Part shown: positions 37,076-45,815 of the stretch, one piece after another | Layout: every line of letters starts with the position of its first letter | Position numbering within the stretch: the stretch's first letter is position 1 | Sequence record: NC_048048.2 | Length of the DNA: 64,000 nt | Direction: 5' to 3' (one strand) | Notes under the pieces: model-generated | What the model saw: only the letters and a program-made list of their open reading frames with translations | Told to the model about the DNA's origin: nothing | Databases searched by the model: none | Translations under genes and position numbers: made by a program

Positions 37076-37761
37076 TCCGCAGCATCGCCCTTCGCATCCC
37101 GACGCTGGCCCTCCTGGCCAGCGCCATCGTCTCGACCGCCCAGGCTGGTGATCTCGCCGGCTCGGTCAGCCTGACCAGTGCCTACATCTCGCGAGGCACC
37201 GACCAGAACGTCCTGAACGGTGCGGCGCTCCAGGGCTTCGTGACCTACAGCCACGGACCGTTCTACGTCAGCGCCTTCGCCTCGTCCATGAACTATGGCG
37301 AGGGCACGACCAAGGAACTCGACTTCTTCGGCGGGGTGCGCAAGAGCGCCGGCCCCTGGACCGTCGACCTCGGGTTCGCCAACATCAACTACCCCGACAA
37401 CCACACGCCGCTGAACTTCGTCGAGTACGACCTGAAGGTCGACCGCGCGATCGGCAAGGGCAATGTCGGGGTCTGGCTCGGCTACACCGACGCCTATTTC
37501 AACACCTATGGCCAGGGCGTCTGGACCGAGGCCCACGCCAGCTATCCGATCACACAGTCGGTATCGATCAGCGGCGCGGTCGCCAACCAGGACCTGCCCA
37601 ACAACTTCGACTACCGTACCTGGAACATCGGCCTGACCAAGGCCTTTGCCGGCGGTGTCAGTGCCGATCTGCGGTATAGCGACACCGATCGGCACGACCT
37701 GGACCCGCGCTGGAACACCTACGGCGCGCGGACCTCGCTGACCCTGACCAAGAGCTTCTAA
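37072..37761 (+). CDS. outer-membrane beta-barrel protein, TorF/TIGR02001 (Gcw_chp)-like putative porin
   Basis: Signal peptide (..STAQA-), GSVSLTSAYISRGTDQ...ALQG, ELDFFGG, alternating beta strands, C-terminal Phe (LTLTKSF). Confidence 0.8.
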   Translation: MIRSIALRIPTLALLASAIVSTAQAGDLAGSVSLTSAYISRGTDQNVLNGAALQGFVTYSHGPFYVSAFASSMNYGEGTTKELDFFGGVRKSAGPWTVDLGFANINYPDNHTPLNFVEYDLKVDRAIGKGNVGVWLGYTDAYFNTYGQGVWTEAHASYPITQSVSISGAVANQDLPNNFDYRTWNIGLTKAFAGGVSADLRYSDTDRHDLDPRWNTYGARTSLTLTKSF

Positions 37762-37771
37762 GGGGGACCCT

Positions 37772-38407
37772 ATGAGCCTGCTCGAAATCCTCGCCACCGC
37801 CGTCACGGTCGCCTGCGTCCTGCTGGCGGTCAAGCGTTCGACGTGGCAGTACCCTGTCGGGATCATCGGCACGATCCTGTTCTTCTTCGTCTTCTGGGGC
37901 GCCAAGCTCTACGCCAGCGCCGCGCTCCAGGTCTTCTTCACCTTCGTCCAGGTCTATGGCTGGTGGTACTGGACGCGCGGCGATCGCGGCAAGGCCCCGC
38001 CGATCACCACCTTCCCCCGAGACATCCTGGCCGCCGTCATCGTCGGCGGGGTCCTGCTCGCGTTCGCCCTAAGCGCGATCCTCAATCAGTTCGTCACGCC
38101 CAAGGTGCTGTTCTGGGATACGGCGATCTTCGGCCTGTCGATGGCCGCCCAGTTCCTGCTCGACCGCAAGAAGATCGAGAACTGGATCGTCTGGGGCGCC
38201 GTCAACGCCATCTCGGTCATCGTCTATTCCAACCAGGGCTTGAAGGTCGCCGCCATCCTCTACGCGGCCCTCTTCGTCAACGTCTTCTGGGGCTACTACG
38301 AATGGGCCAAGGCCAAGCGCGCCCAGAAGATCGTCTGGGACGCCGAGGCCAGGAAGTATCCGCCGGCGCCGCAGCATGAGCCCCAGACGGGAGACCTGCT
38401 GCCGTGA
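37772..38407 (+). CDS. pnuC: nicotinamide riboside transporter PnuC
   Basis: YPVGIIG...LYASAALQVFF...YGWWYW, AQFLLDRKKIENWIVWGAVN, GYYEW. Confidence 0.92.
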   Translation: MSLLEILATAVTVACVLLAVKRSTWQYPVGIIGTILFFFVFWGAKLYASAALQVFFTFVQVYGWWYWTRGDRGKAPPITTFPRDILAAVIVGGVLLAFALSAILNQFVTPKVLFWDTAIFGLSMAAQFLLDRKKIENWIVWGAVNAISVIVYSNQGLKVAAILYAALFVNVFWGYYEWAKAKRAQKIVWDAEARKYPPAPQHEPQTGDLLP

Positions 38408-39444
38408 GGTTCACCCAGATCGTTCCCGCCCACCCGTTCGAGGCCAAGCCCGAGAAGGGCTTCGTGCTGGGCAAGTTCATGCCGCCGACCGAGGGCCATC
38501 GCTTCCTCTGCGAGTTCGCGCGTGAATACTGCCAGAAGCTGACCATCCTGGTCTGCTCTCTGCCCGATGAGCCCATCGACGGCTTCCTGCGCTTCCAGTG
38601 GATGCGCGAGATGTTCCCCGACTGCCATGTCGTCTGGTGCCAGGAGGTCCTGCCGCAGGAACCGGTGGGCGAGGACCCCCAGTTCTGGGAGACCTGGGCC
38701 GGCGTCATCCAGAAGTACGGCAGCCGCTATGGCGAGCCCTACAAGCCCGACGTCGTCTTCGCCTCGGAGCCCTACGGCCACAAACTGGCCGCCAGCGTCG
38801 GCGCCCGGTTCGTACCATGCGATATCTCGCGGACGGCGCGCGACATCTCGGCGACCCGCATCCGCGCCCAGCCCCTGGCCAACTGGTCCTATATCCCCAA
38901 CGTCGTGCGTCCCCACTTCGTCAAGCGGGTGACCATGTTCGGCCCGGAAAGCAGCGGCAAGTCGACCCTGGCCTGCGCGCTGGCCAAGCTCTACGACACC
39001 CTCGTCGTGCCTGAGTACGGCCGCACCTACACCGAGCAGTTCGGAACCGACGTCGGCGCCGAGGACCTGATCCGCATCGTCCAGGGCCACCGCGCCAGCG
39101 TGACGGCCGCCAAGCGGCAGGCCAACCGCATCCTCTTCGAGGACACCGACCCGATCATGAGCGCGGTCTGGTCGGACATGCTGGGCGTGGCGCGCGACCC
39201 CTGGTTCGACAGCTTCGACGACAAGGCCGACCTCTATCTGCTCTGCGGCGTCGACATCCCCTGGGAAGACGACGGCACCCGCTACTTCCCGTCCCAGTCC
39301 GCCAGGGAGCGCTTCTATGGCCTCTGCAAGCTGGAACTGGAGCGTCGGGGATGCAATTACGTCGAGATCAAGGGGTCCATGCTGGAGCGCCGCGTGGACG
39401 CCATGAACGCCATCCAGAAGGCCTTTGGGATCGAGCCGTCATGA
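38404..39444 (+). CDS. nadR: NadR-like bifunctional NMN adenylyltransferase / ribosylnicotinamide kinase
   Basis: GKFMPPTEGH (T/HxGH), FASEPYG, ISATRIR, GPESSGKSTL (Walker A), EYGR, DTD, WEDDGTR; no HTH. Confidence 0.92.
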   Translation: MRFTQIVPAHPFEAKPEKGFVLGKFMPPTEGHRFLCEFAREYCQKLTILVCSLPDEPIDGFLRFQWMREMFPDCHVVWCQEVLPQEPVGEDPQFWETWAGVIQKYGSRYGEPYKPDVVFASEPYGHKLAASVGARFVPCDISRTARDISATRIRAQPLANWSYIPNVVRPHFVKRVTMFGPESSGKSTLACALAKLYDTLVVPEYGRTYTEQFGTDVGAEDLIRIVQGHRASVTAAKRQANRILFEDTDPIMSAVWSDMLGVARDPWFDSFDDKADLYLLCGVDIPWEDDGTRYFPSQSARERFYGLCKLELERRGCNYVEIKGSMLERRVDAMNAIQKAFGIEPS

Positions 39445-39830
39445 ACTTCACCTACTTGGGCATCCCCTACACCTCCAAGAACCCCGATCCGGTCGAGGCC
39501 GCCGCTGAGCGTGCCCGGCGAATGGAAGGGTTCTGGCAGGCCTGCGCCATGCTGATCGATCAGGGCGAAGAGGTCGTCTCGCCGATGACCCTGGAGCCGG
39601 CCCTGACGGTCGTCCCGGACCTGCCCTATGAGTGGCCGTTCTGGCAGCACTATTCGCGTCGGATGCTGGCCATCTGCAACAAGCTGGTGGTCCTCCAGTT
39701 GGACGGCTGGGACGTCTCGTCGGGCATCGCCGGCGAGGTCGAGGAAGCCAAGCGCCTGGGCCTGGAGATCGTCTACCTGCATCCGCAGGACGTCGAGACG
39801 TGGAAGCAGGAACGATCCCGTGGCGAGTAA
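39441..39830 (+). CDS. DUF1937 / nucleoside-2-deoxyribosyltransferase-like protein
   Basis: YLGIPYT...V.SP...LAICNKLVVLQLDGWDVSSGIAGEVEEAKRLGL. Confidence 0.7.
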   Translation: MNFTYLGIPYTSKNPDPVEAAAERARRMEGFWQACAMLIDQGEEVVSPMTLEPALTVVPDLPYEWPFWQHYSRRMLAICNKLVVLQLDGWDVSSGIAGEVEEAKRLGLEIVYLHPQDVETWKQERSRGE

Positions 39831-40068
39831 GCTACCCGCGACGAAGGCCGGGCGCGCGGCCTTCTCGATCATCCAAGGCGCGCTGGAGCCCCTGGGTTTC
39901 GGCATCGAGTTCGAGACCAACTCCAAGCACAACTTCGTCGTGGCCTCCCGACGCGGGCGGCGATGGACGTTCGGCATCTCCAAGGGCGGCAACGCGCGCG
40001 CCGACCACTATACCAACTACGCCAGGAAGTTCGCGCGCAGGGTCCTGGCCGAGGCCGCCGCGACCTAG
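39820..40068 (+). CDS. small basic protein, possible HicA-like fold
   Basis: LGFGIEFETNSKHNFVV...TFGISKG. Confidence 0.5.
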   Translation: MASKLPATKAGRAAFSIIQGALEPLGFGIEFETNSKHNFVVASRRGRRWTFGISKGGNARADHYTNYARKFARRVLAEAAAT

Positions 40069-40077
40069 ACTTTCCGC

Positions 40078-40122
40078 TTGCACCGTGTCACGAAGCGTGT
40101 ACTGATGACGCGACAAGTGACA
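40078..40122 (+). promoter_or_regulatory. promoter with tandem class B operators (40086-40102, 40106-40122)
   Basis: TTGCAC; TGTCACGAAGCGTGTAC; TGACGCGACAAGTGACA, 20 bp apart. Confidence 0.6.
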
Positions 40123-40133
40123 CGGGGTATCTG

Positions 40134-40718
40134 ATGGGCGACACCACCGACGATCCGTTCGGCGGCGACGAAGGGTTCTTGAGCTACGTCGAGTCGCACT
40201 CCAAGACCGAACGCGCGCTGTTTGCCGTCGACCATATCGAACGCTTCGCCAAGCTCGCAGGACCGCCGTGGAAGTTCGATCCGTCGAACTATATCGGCAA
40301 GGCCTTCCTGCCGATGCCGTACGACCATATCGCCGGCGCCGTGAAGGCGGCGTGGAACCGGCACAAGAACAAGCGCCGGCCGCCGGTCATTCTCGATCCC
40401 GGCACCTATGGCGGCAGCAAGGCCTTCCATAGGCTCACCGAGGACCTGACCAAGGCCCAGGACCCCAAGCTCACCCGGCTGATCTCCCGGCACTTGACGG
40501 ACCTGCGAAAAGGCCTCAAGGACCTGGAGAGCCTGTCGATCAGCAATCACCGGCGCATGGGCCTGCTCTGGCTTCGAGAGCACGAGCGGACCGCCGAGGA
40601 AGCGATCATCCCTCGCCTCCACGCCATCGGGACCAACGCGTCCCTCTACCGCAACCTGATGAAAGCCTGCTACCGCGACTCGCTGAGACGCGCGGCCGGC
40701 GTGAAGAAGAAGTTCTGA
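40134..40718 (+). CDS. hypothetical protein
   Basis: Start MGDTTD. Confidence 0.7.
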   Translation: MGDTTDDPFGGDEGFLSYVESHSKTERALFAVDHIERFAKLAGPPWKFDPSNYIGKAFLPMPYDHIAGAVKAAWNRHKNKRRPPVILDPGTYGGSKAFHRLTEDLTKAQDPKLTRLISRHLTDLRKGLKDLESLSISNHRRMGLLWLREHERTAEEAIIPRLHAIGTNASLYRNLMKACYRDSLRRAAGVKKKF

Positions 40719-40918
40719 TGTCCCACCGTGACGCGACGCCCTCCGACTTCGAGGGCAAGAAGATCATCCTGGCCGAGGTCGACGCCATCAACGTCTGGCG
40801 CCTGCATTTCGACGATGGCACCAACGTCACGGTCGAACTGACCTACTTCGGGCCGGAGGTTGGCTATGGCATGGCCGTCTGCGAGTGCGATCAACCCGTG
40901 CCGGAACTGGCGGCCTGA
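40718..40918 (+). CDS. small hypothetical protein
   Basis: 66 aa, TGATG. Confidence 0.65.
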   Translation: MSHRDATPSDFEGKKIILAEVDAINVWRLHFDDGTNVTVELTYFGPEVGYGMAVCECDQPVPELAA

Positions 40919-40919
40919 C

Positions 40920-41276
40920 ATGCGCCGGCATCTTCCCAATCGTGGTTGGCTGACCCGTTATGGCCTCTGCGTCTACGGCGGTGAGGTGGACGATCCCAGT
41001 CTTCCACTCCCCGACGACGCGTCATTGATCACGCCCAAGAGCTTCCGTCCAGGCACCTTCGAGGTGATCGGCATCTACAAGACCGAGAAAGAGGCGATCG
41101 ACGCCTGGAAGGCCAAGGCATGGCAGACCGTCGACAACGCCCATGCCCGGTACCGGATCGCTGAAGCCTTTCTCGAAGACTTGCCGCCTGTCCATATGGA
41201 CCACGGCTTCTTGCCGGGAACCCTGCGCGAAAAGTTCCTCGGGGCGATGGGTCTCCAGGAGATCAAGAATGGCTGA
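40920..41276 (+). CDS. DUF4170 domain protein (host-like)
   Basis: VYGGEV...VIGIY...AIDAWKAKAWQTVDNAHARYRI. Confidence 0.7.
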   Translation: MRRHLPNRGWLTRYGLCVYGGEVDDPSLPLPDDASLITPKSFRPGTFEVIGIYKTEKEAIDAWKAKAWQTVDNAHARYRIAEAFLEDLPPVHMDHGFLPGTLREKFLGAMGLQEIKNG

Positions 41277-41613
41277 TCCTGTCCGCACCCTGCGGATCAT
41301 CGTCGAAGAGACGGTCACCAGAGCCTACGACCTTTCGGTTGACGCCGATCCCTCTCACTTCGCCTATGTCGACGCGTTGAGCTACAACGTGTCCGACCCG
41401 GACGTGCGCTACATCCCAGCCGCCCTCAAGGGTTATCTGAGCAAGGGCGGCGAACCGGTCGAGCTTCCCGTCGGCCTGCGCCCATCCTCGGAACTCACCA
41501 GGATCACCAAGGTCACGCAATTGGCCTGTGATGACGGCGAGCCCTTCCACAAGATCGTCCGCACCCCGTCCACCATCTCGGCCGGTCCCGTCCGCGCCAA
41601 GCGCAAACGCTGA
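41269..41613 (+). CDS. hypothetical protein
   Basis: Start MADPVR. Confidence 0.65.
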   Translation: MADPVRTLRIIVEETVTRAYDLSVDADPSHFAYVDALSYNVSDPDVRYIPAALKGYLSKGGEPVELPVGLRPSSELTRITKVTQLACDDGEPFHKIVRTPSTISAGPVRAKRKR

Positions 41614-41629
41614 TCCTGGAGACGCCATC

Positions 41630-42370
41630 ATGGCCATCATCTTCTCGCCCGCCTTTCTCGACAAGGTCGAAGACCTGCTCAACGATCGCCTGGAAGGCAA
41701 TCTCAGCCCGTTCCTCCTCCAGACTATCAATGGCAGCCTGGACTACCTGCTCAACGGCAACCTGAAGTACACCTACACCCGCAACTACCTGGGCAACGCC
41801 AGCGACATGGGCACGCTGTTGCGCACGCTCCTGCCGGGCGCGGCGATCGTCACCCAGGTCAAGAAGGGCTTCCTGACCATCGGCGCCGGCACCGAGGTCA
41901 CCATCGAGTACGACGGCGAGACCTACACCGACTTCGTGGCCACCACCGACGAGGTCCTGGCCACCGTGATCGCCGCCCTCGCGCCGCTGCGCTTCAAGCT
42001 GGCCAAGGACGAAACCGAGCGCGCCGAAAAGGCGCTCAAGGCCGAGGCCCGTAAGGCGGCCAAGAAGGCGGCTGCCGCCAAGCCCGCCGACACCGGCCTT
42101 TCGGTGACCAAGGAAGCCGACAAGCCCGCGCCCAAGAAGAAGGCCCCCGCCAAGAAGCCCAAGCACGAGGTGCTGGACGCCGGCGCCGAGGTCATCGAGC
42201 GCCCAGTTCCCAACGAACCGACGGGCAAGAAGACCGGCGAGGTCCCGGCCAAATCGTCGGGCTCGTTCCGCCCAGCGGGCTTCAAGGCTCCTGTCGCCGG
42301 CCGCAACACCTCTTCGACCAGCGGATCGGTTGGCCATCGCCAGATCGTCCGCGACCCGTCCAAGCGCTAG
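41630..42370 (+). CDS. hypothetical protein with Lys/Ala/Pro-rich histone-H1-like segment
   Basis: KAEARKAAKKAAAAKPA...KPAPKKKAPAKKPK. Confidence 0.7.
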   Translation: MAIIFSPAFLDKVEDLLNDRLEGNLSPFLLQTINGSLDYLLNGNLKYTYTRNYLGNASDMGTLLRTLLPGAAIVTQVKKGFLTIGAGTEVTIEYDGETYTDFVATTDEVLATVIAALAPLRFKLAKDETERAEKALKAEARKAAKKAAAAKPADTGLSVTKEADKPAPKKKAPAKKPKHEVLDAGAEVIERPVPNEPTGKKTGEVPAKSSGSFRPAGFKAPVAGRNTSSTSGSVGHRQIVRDPSKR

Positions 42371-42373
42371 TCC

Positions 42374-42847
42374 ATGACCTGCATCGTCTACCGCGACGGC
42401 GTCCTGGTGGCCGATAGCTGGGTGCTCGACGTCTGGACCAAGATCGGTCGCTTTCCCAAGATCGCTAAGCGCGAAGGGGTGAACGGCACGATCTTGCTGG
42501 CCGCGTCGGGCGACTCCGGCTACTCCAAGAACTTCCTGGACTGGGGCCGAGGCCCTGGCCTGAAGGACTGGATCAAGAAGGGCGACGAGGTTCACGAGGG
42601 CATCCCGAACCTGGGCGAGGGCGATCGCACCGCCAACGGCATGCTGATCATGCCCGACGGCTCGTGCATCCGCTTTGATCCAGGCTCGCTGCCCTACGTG
42701 ATCAAGGCGCCGTTCTATGCCATGGGATCGGGCTGCTGGGTGGCGCTGGGCGCCCTGGAAGCCGGAGCCACCGCCGAGGAAGCCGTCCTGGCCGCCGAGA
42801 AGTGGGACGTTGGCACCAACGGTCCGCTCATCACCTTGAGGCACTGA
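42374..42847 (+). CDS. HslV/proteasome-beta-like Ntn-hydrolase (Thr peptidase)
   Basis: M-T-CIVYRDGVLVADS, AASGD, AMGSG, AVLAAEKWDVGTNG. Confidence 0.75.
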   Translation: MTCIVYRDGVLVADSWVLDVWTKIGRFPKIAKREGVNGTILLAASGDSGYSKNFLDWGRGPGLKDWIKKGDEVHEGIPNLGEGDRTANGMLIMPDGSCIRFDPGSLPYVIKAPFYAMGSGCWVALGALEAGATAEEAVLAAEKWDVGTNGPLITLRH

Positions 42848-43125
42848 TGATCAATCTCACCATCACCGAAACCGTCACCAGGACCTATGTTCTGCTCGAA
42901 AATGAGGAGAACTTGGCCCTGCTCGCCGACCTACGCGAGACGATGCTGAAAGCCAACGAGCAGCCCAGCGTCATGGTCTTTGGGCAATTGCCCAGGCCCA
43001 AGGCGGGTATCCCCGCCGCGTTGCGAGGCCAGGAGCAGAACGCCGTGTTTGAGATGAGCAGCTATCGCTACTCCACCTCCCAGCGACGCGAGTCCGGCGA
43101 GCACGGGCACGTCTTCACGCCATGA
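42847..43125 (+). CDS. hypothetical protein
   Basis: TGATG start MINLTI. Confidence 0.6.
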   Translation: MINLTITETVTRTYVLLENEENLALLADLRETMLKANEQPSVMVFGQLPRPKAGIPAALRGQEQNAVFEMSSYRYSTSQRRESGEHGHVFTP

Positions 43126-43634
43126 GAACCGCCGAAGAGATCAAGGAACTGCCGCGCCTGGAACCCCGCTACGGCGGGACCTTCGTGTTGCTCAACGACG
43201 AGCGCATGCTGATCCGCCGCGACGTGCCCGACTTCCAGATGGGCGGCGAGATGAAGCAGCTTGCCTCCCAGGGTCGGGCGATCCTGGTCTTCAAGGAGGT
43301 CCACCACGACTGCCGCCACTGCCGGGCGCGCCGCGAGGCTTTCGCCAGGGAGCATCCCAACCTGACGCGGCCCACCTTGATCGAGCGCCTTCGCGCCGCC
43401 AAGGACCGTGACGCCTACTGGTGCAATACCTGTCAGGCCACCGGCTGGGTCGTTGAGCCGATCGAGGACCTGATCAAGCGTCTGGACATCGTGACCTGGG
43501 AGAAGAAGGCCGCCGCCCTCTCCAACGAGGAACTGAAGGTGGAAATGGCCCAGGCCAGTGACCTCAACTTCCGCCTCCACAAAAAGGGCTTCCCGCCCGA
43601 CGTTCTGGCCGCCGAAGCGGCCCGCAGGCTCTAG
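43122..43634 (+). CDS. hypothetical protein with CxxC...CxxC
   Basis: 170 aa, CRHC...CNTC. Confidence 0.7.
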   Translation: MRTAEEIKELPRLEPRYGGTFVLLNDERMLIRRDVPDFQMGGEMKQLASQGRAILVFKEVHHDCRHCRARREAFAREHPNLTRPTLIERLRAAKDRDAYWCNTCQATGWVVEPIEDLIKRLDIVTWEKKAAALSNEELKVEMAQASDLNFRLHKKGFPPDVLAAEAARRL

Positions 43635-43644
43635 GAGACACCCC

Positions 43645-43833
43645 ATGCTGCCGCAACTCGTAACCGTCTTCTATCACCTCGATGGCGCCGTCACCCGGCA
43701 CCTGGACGTCGACGAGGCCGTCGCCCTGCGCGCCGATGAAACCGGCAAGGCCGAGTTCGAGGGTCAGACCTACAACGCCGATGTCTACTGGGACACCTAC
43801 GGCCGCGTCGACATCTACCTGAAGGCGGCCTGA
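43645..43833 (+). CDS. small hypothetical protein
   Basis: AGGAGA RBS, MLPQLV. Confidence 0.65.
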   Translation: MLPQLVTVFYHLDGAVTRHLDVDEAVALRADETGKAEFEGQTYNADVYWDTYGRVDIYLKAA

Positions 43834-43835
43834 CC

Positions 43836-44234
43836 ATGGCGCAGATCGTCTGGCTGGCCATCCTCTTCCAGGTCAAGCACTTCGTCTTCGACTGGGCGTA
43901 TCAGCCGCCCTACATGTGGAAGAACAAGGGCACCTTTGGTCACTGGGGCGGCATCGTCCACTCGGGCATCCACGCCATATGGACAGCGCTGATCCTGGCG
44001 TTGTTCGCCGCGATCACCCTTAAGTCCGATGACGCCGTGCGCGCCATCCCGCTGATCGCCCTGGCCGAGTTCGTCGCCCACTACCTGATCGACTGGGCCA
44101 AGATGAACATCAACAGGAAGATGGGATGGACGGCCACGACCCATCACGCCTTCTGGGTTCTGACGGGCTTTGACCAGCTACTCCATCAACTCACCTATGT
44201 GGCGATCATCGCCTATTGGGTCAGCCTCTGGTAA
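43836..44234 (+). CDS. DUF3307 family membrane protein
   Basis: KHFVFDW..QP...H..IH...HYLIDWAK...GFDQLLH. Confidence 0.8.
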   Translation: MAQIVWLAILFQVKHFVFDWAYQPPYMWKNKGTFGHWGGIVHSGIHAIWTALILALFAAITLKSDDAVRAIPLIALAEFVAHYLIDWAKMNINRKMGWTATTHHAFWVLTGFDQLLHQLTYVAIIAYWVSLW

Positions 44235-44238
44235 CCAC

Positions 44239-44964
44239 ATGGCCGATCACTTCCAACCGATCCTGTTCTGGGGCGCCGACTACCAGGGCTGGACGACGCC
44301 CAGGTCCGAAGGCGGCCTAGGTCCCGAGAACGCCCGTGAAAGCCTCGGGATCGAGGTCTATCACCACTATGGGGTGACGACGCACGAGGCGGTCGCCGGG
44401 ACGGCGGGCGGTGAAGTGGTCTACAACCTGACCCGGACCCTGTGGCACAAGCCGCGAGAGGATGGCGGCGGGCTTCATGACGATGATCACACCTGGGACT
44501 TCGAGCCGCCTAAATCCTTCGGCGGGCGCGGCCGGGTCCAAATCTACAAGACCGAGAAGGCCGGCTACTGGCCCTTCAACCCCTACGGCGTCCAGGACGG
44601 TCCAGGCGCGCGATGGTTCCACGAGGAGTACCGCGAGCCTATTGTCGGCGAACTCCTGGCCGAGGCCGCTTACTGCGAAACGACCATCCTTGACCATGCT
44701 GGCGAGCTAGTCGACTGCCGCGACACCGTGCGTGGTCGAAAGAAGGCCAGGGACCTCAAGAGCCTGATCGAGAACCGAGAGTGGCTGCGCAAGATGATCC
44801 TCAAGCGCTGGCCGCAGACGGAGGTCTATCTGGCCACGCCGCTGATCGCGCCGGCGCACCTACCGGCCGATCGCCTCAACATTACCAAGTTCTCGGCCCA
44901 GCGCCTGGAGAGCTACCCCATCGTTCGCGCTCTCCTGGGAGACCACCCGTGCGCTACTACCTAG
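44239..44964 (+). CDS. hypothetical protein
   Basis: Start MADHFQ. Confidence 0.7.
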   Translation: MADHFQPILFWGADYQGWTTPRSEGGLGPENARESLGIEVYHHYGVTTHEAVAGTAGGEVVYNLTRTLWHKPREDGGGLHDDDHTWDFEPPKSFGGRGRVQIYKTEKAGYWPFNPYGVQDGPGARWFHEEYREPIVGELLAEAAYCETTILDHAGELVDCRDTVRGRKKARDLKSLIENREWLRKMILKRWPQTEVYLATPLIAPAHLPADRLNITKFSAQRLESYPIVRALLGDHPCATT

Positions 44965-45401
44965 ACTGCGAATTCGACGGCCACGGCGGCGCGCTGCTCT
45001 CGATGGCGCTCTATCGCAAGGACGCCCGCGCCCTCTACATGGTTCGCGACGATGCCGAGCAGATCGCCAACAATGCCTGGGTCTGTGAGCACGTCCTGCC
45101 GGTCCTGCGCAAGTCGCCGAGCAATATCGGCATCGAGACCATTCCGATCACCGAGTTCGGACCGACCCTGGCCAAGTTCTTCGAGGGTGAGCAACCCTTC
45201 ATCGTCGCCGATTGGCCGGCGGACATCATCCACTTCTGCCAGCAGTTGATGATCCAGCCCGACAAGATGGCGGCGGTCCCAAACTTCGTCACCCAGGTCA
45301 TCCGCATCCCCGACGCCTACGCCGACACGCCCTTCAAGAGCGCTGTGCGGCACAACGCCATGTGGGACGCGATCGTCCTCTGCGACGCCATCGAACCGTG
45401 A
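44949..45401 (+). CDS. DEDDh 3'-5' exo(ribo)nuclease (Rv2179c-like)
   Basis: YYLDCEF, DWPAD, HNAMWDA. Confidence 0.8.
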   Translation: MRYYLDCEFDGHGGALLSMALYRKDARALYMVRDDAEQIANNAWVCEHVLPVLRKSPSNIGIETIPITEFGPTLAKFFEGEQPFIVADWPADIIHFCQQLMIQPDKMAAVPNFVTQVIRIPDAYADTPFKSAVRHNAMWDAIVLCDAIEP

Positions 45402-45425
45402 TCCCCAGAAAGGTCACGTGACACC

Positions 45426-45443
45426 TTGACGCGATCAGTGTCA
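45426..45443. promoter_or_regulatory. class B operator (perfect consensus) overlapping TTGACG
   Basis: TGACGCGATCAGTGTCA at 45427-45443, intergenic. Confidence 0.7.
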
Positions 45444-45482
45444 TGGAGGATGAAAGGTTAAGCAAGAAACCGAGGTTCTCCC

Positions 45483-45815
45483 GTGACCGCCCCGCCCACC
45501 TGGGACTTCTACCCGACGCCTCCGGGCTCCCTCGAACGCATGCGATACCACGTCGACTCGGCCGGATCGCATCTGCACTTCGAAATTCACAACGCCGACG
45601 GCTCGGACGACGCGCCGTTGATCGATGGCGATGCCCGCATCTTTGGGACGGTCAACTGGGAAGGCTGCATCAACTGGCGCACCCACAAGTACATGAATTG
45701 CCACTTCTGCTCGCCGGCCGATTCGCTGCGCCTGCATGAGCTATTCAAGGGCCTCTGGCGCCTCGCTAGCCTGACCTTGCCGCATTGGTGCGGGGACGTG
45801 GAGGAAAAGGCGTGA
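45483..45815 (+). CDS. hypothetical protein
   Basis: 110 aa. Confidence 0.65.
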   Translation: MTAPPTWDFYPTPPGSLERMRYHVDSAGSHLHFEIHNADGSDDAPLIDGDARIFGTVNWEGCINWRTHKYMNCHFCSPADSLRLHELFKGLWRLASLTLPHWCGDVEEKA

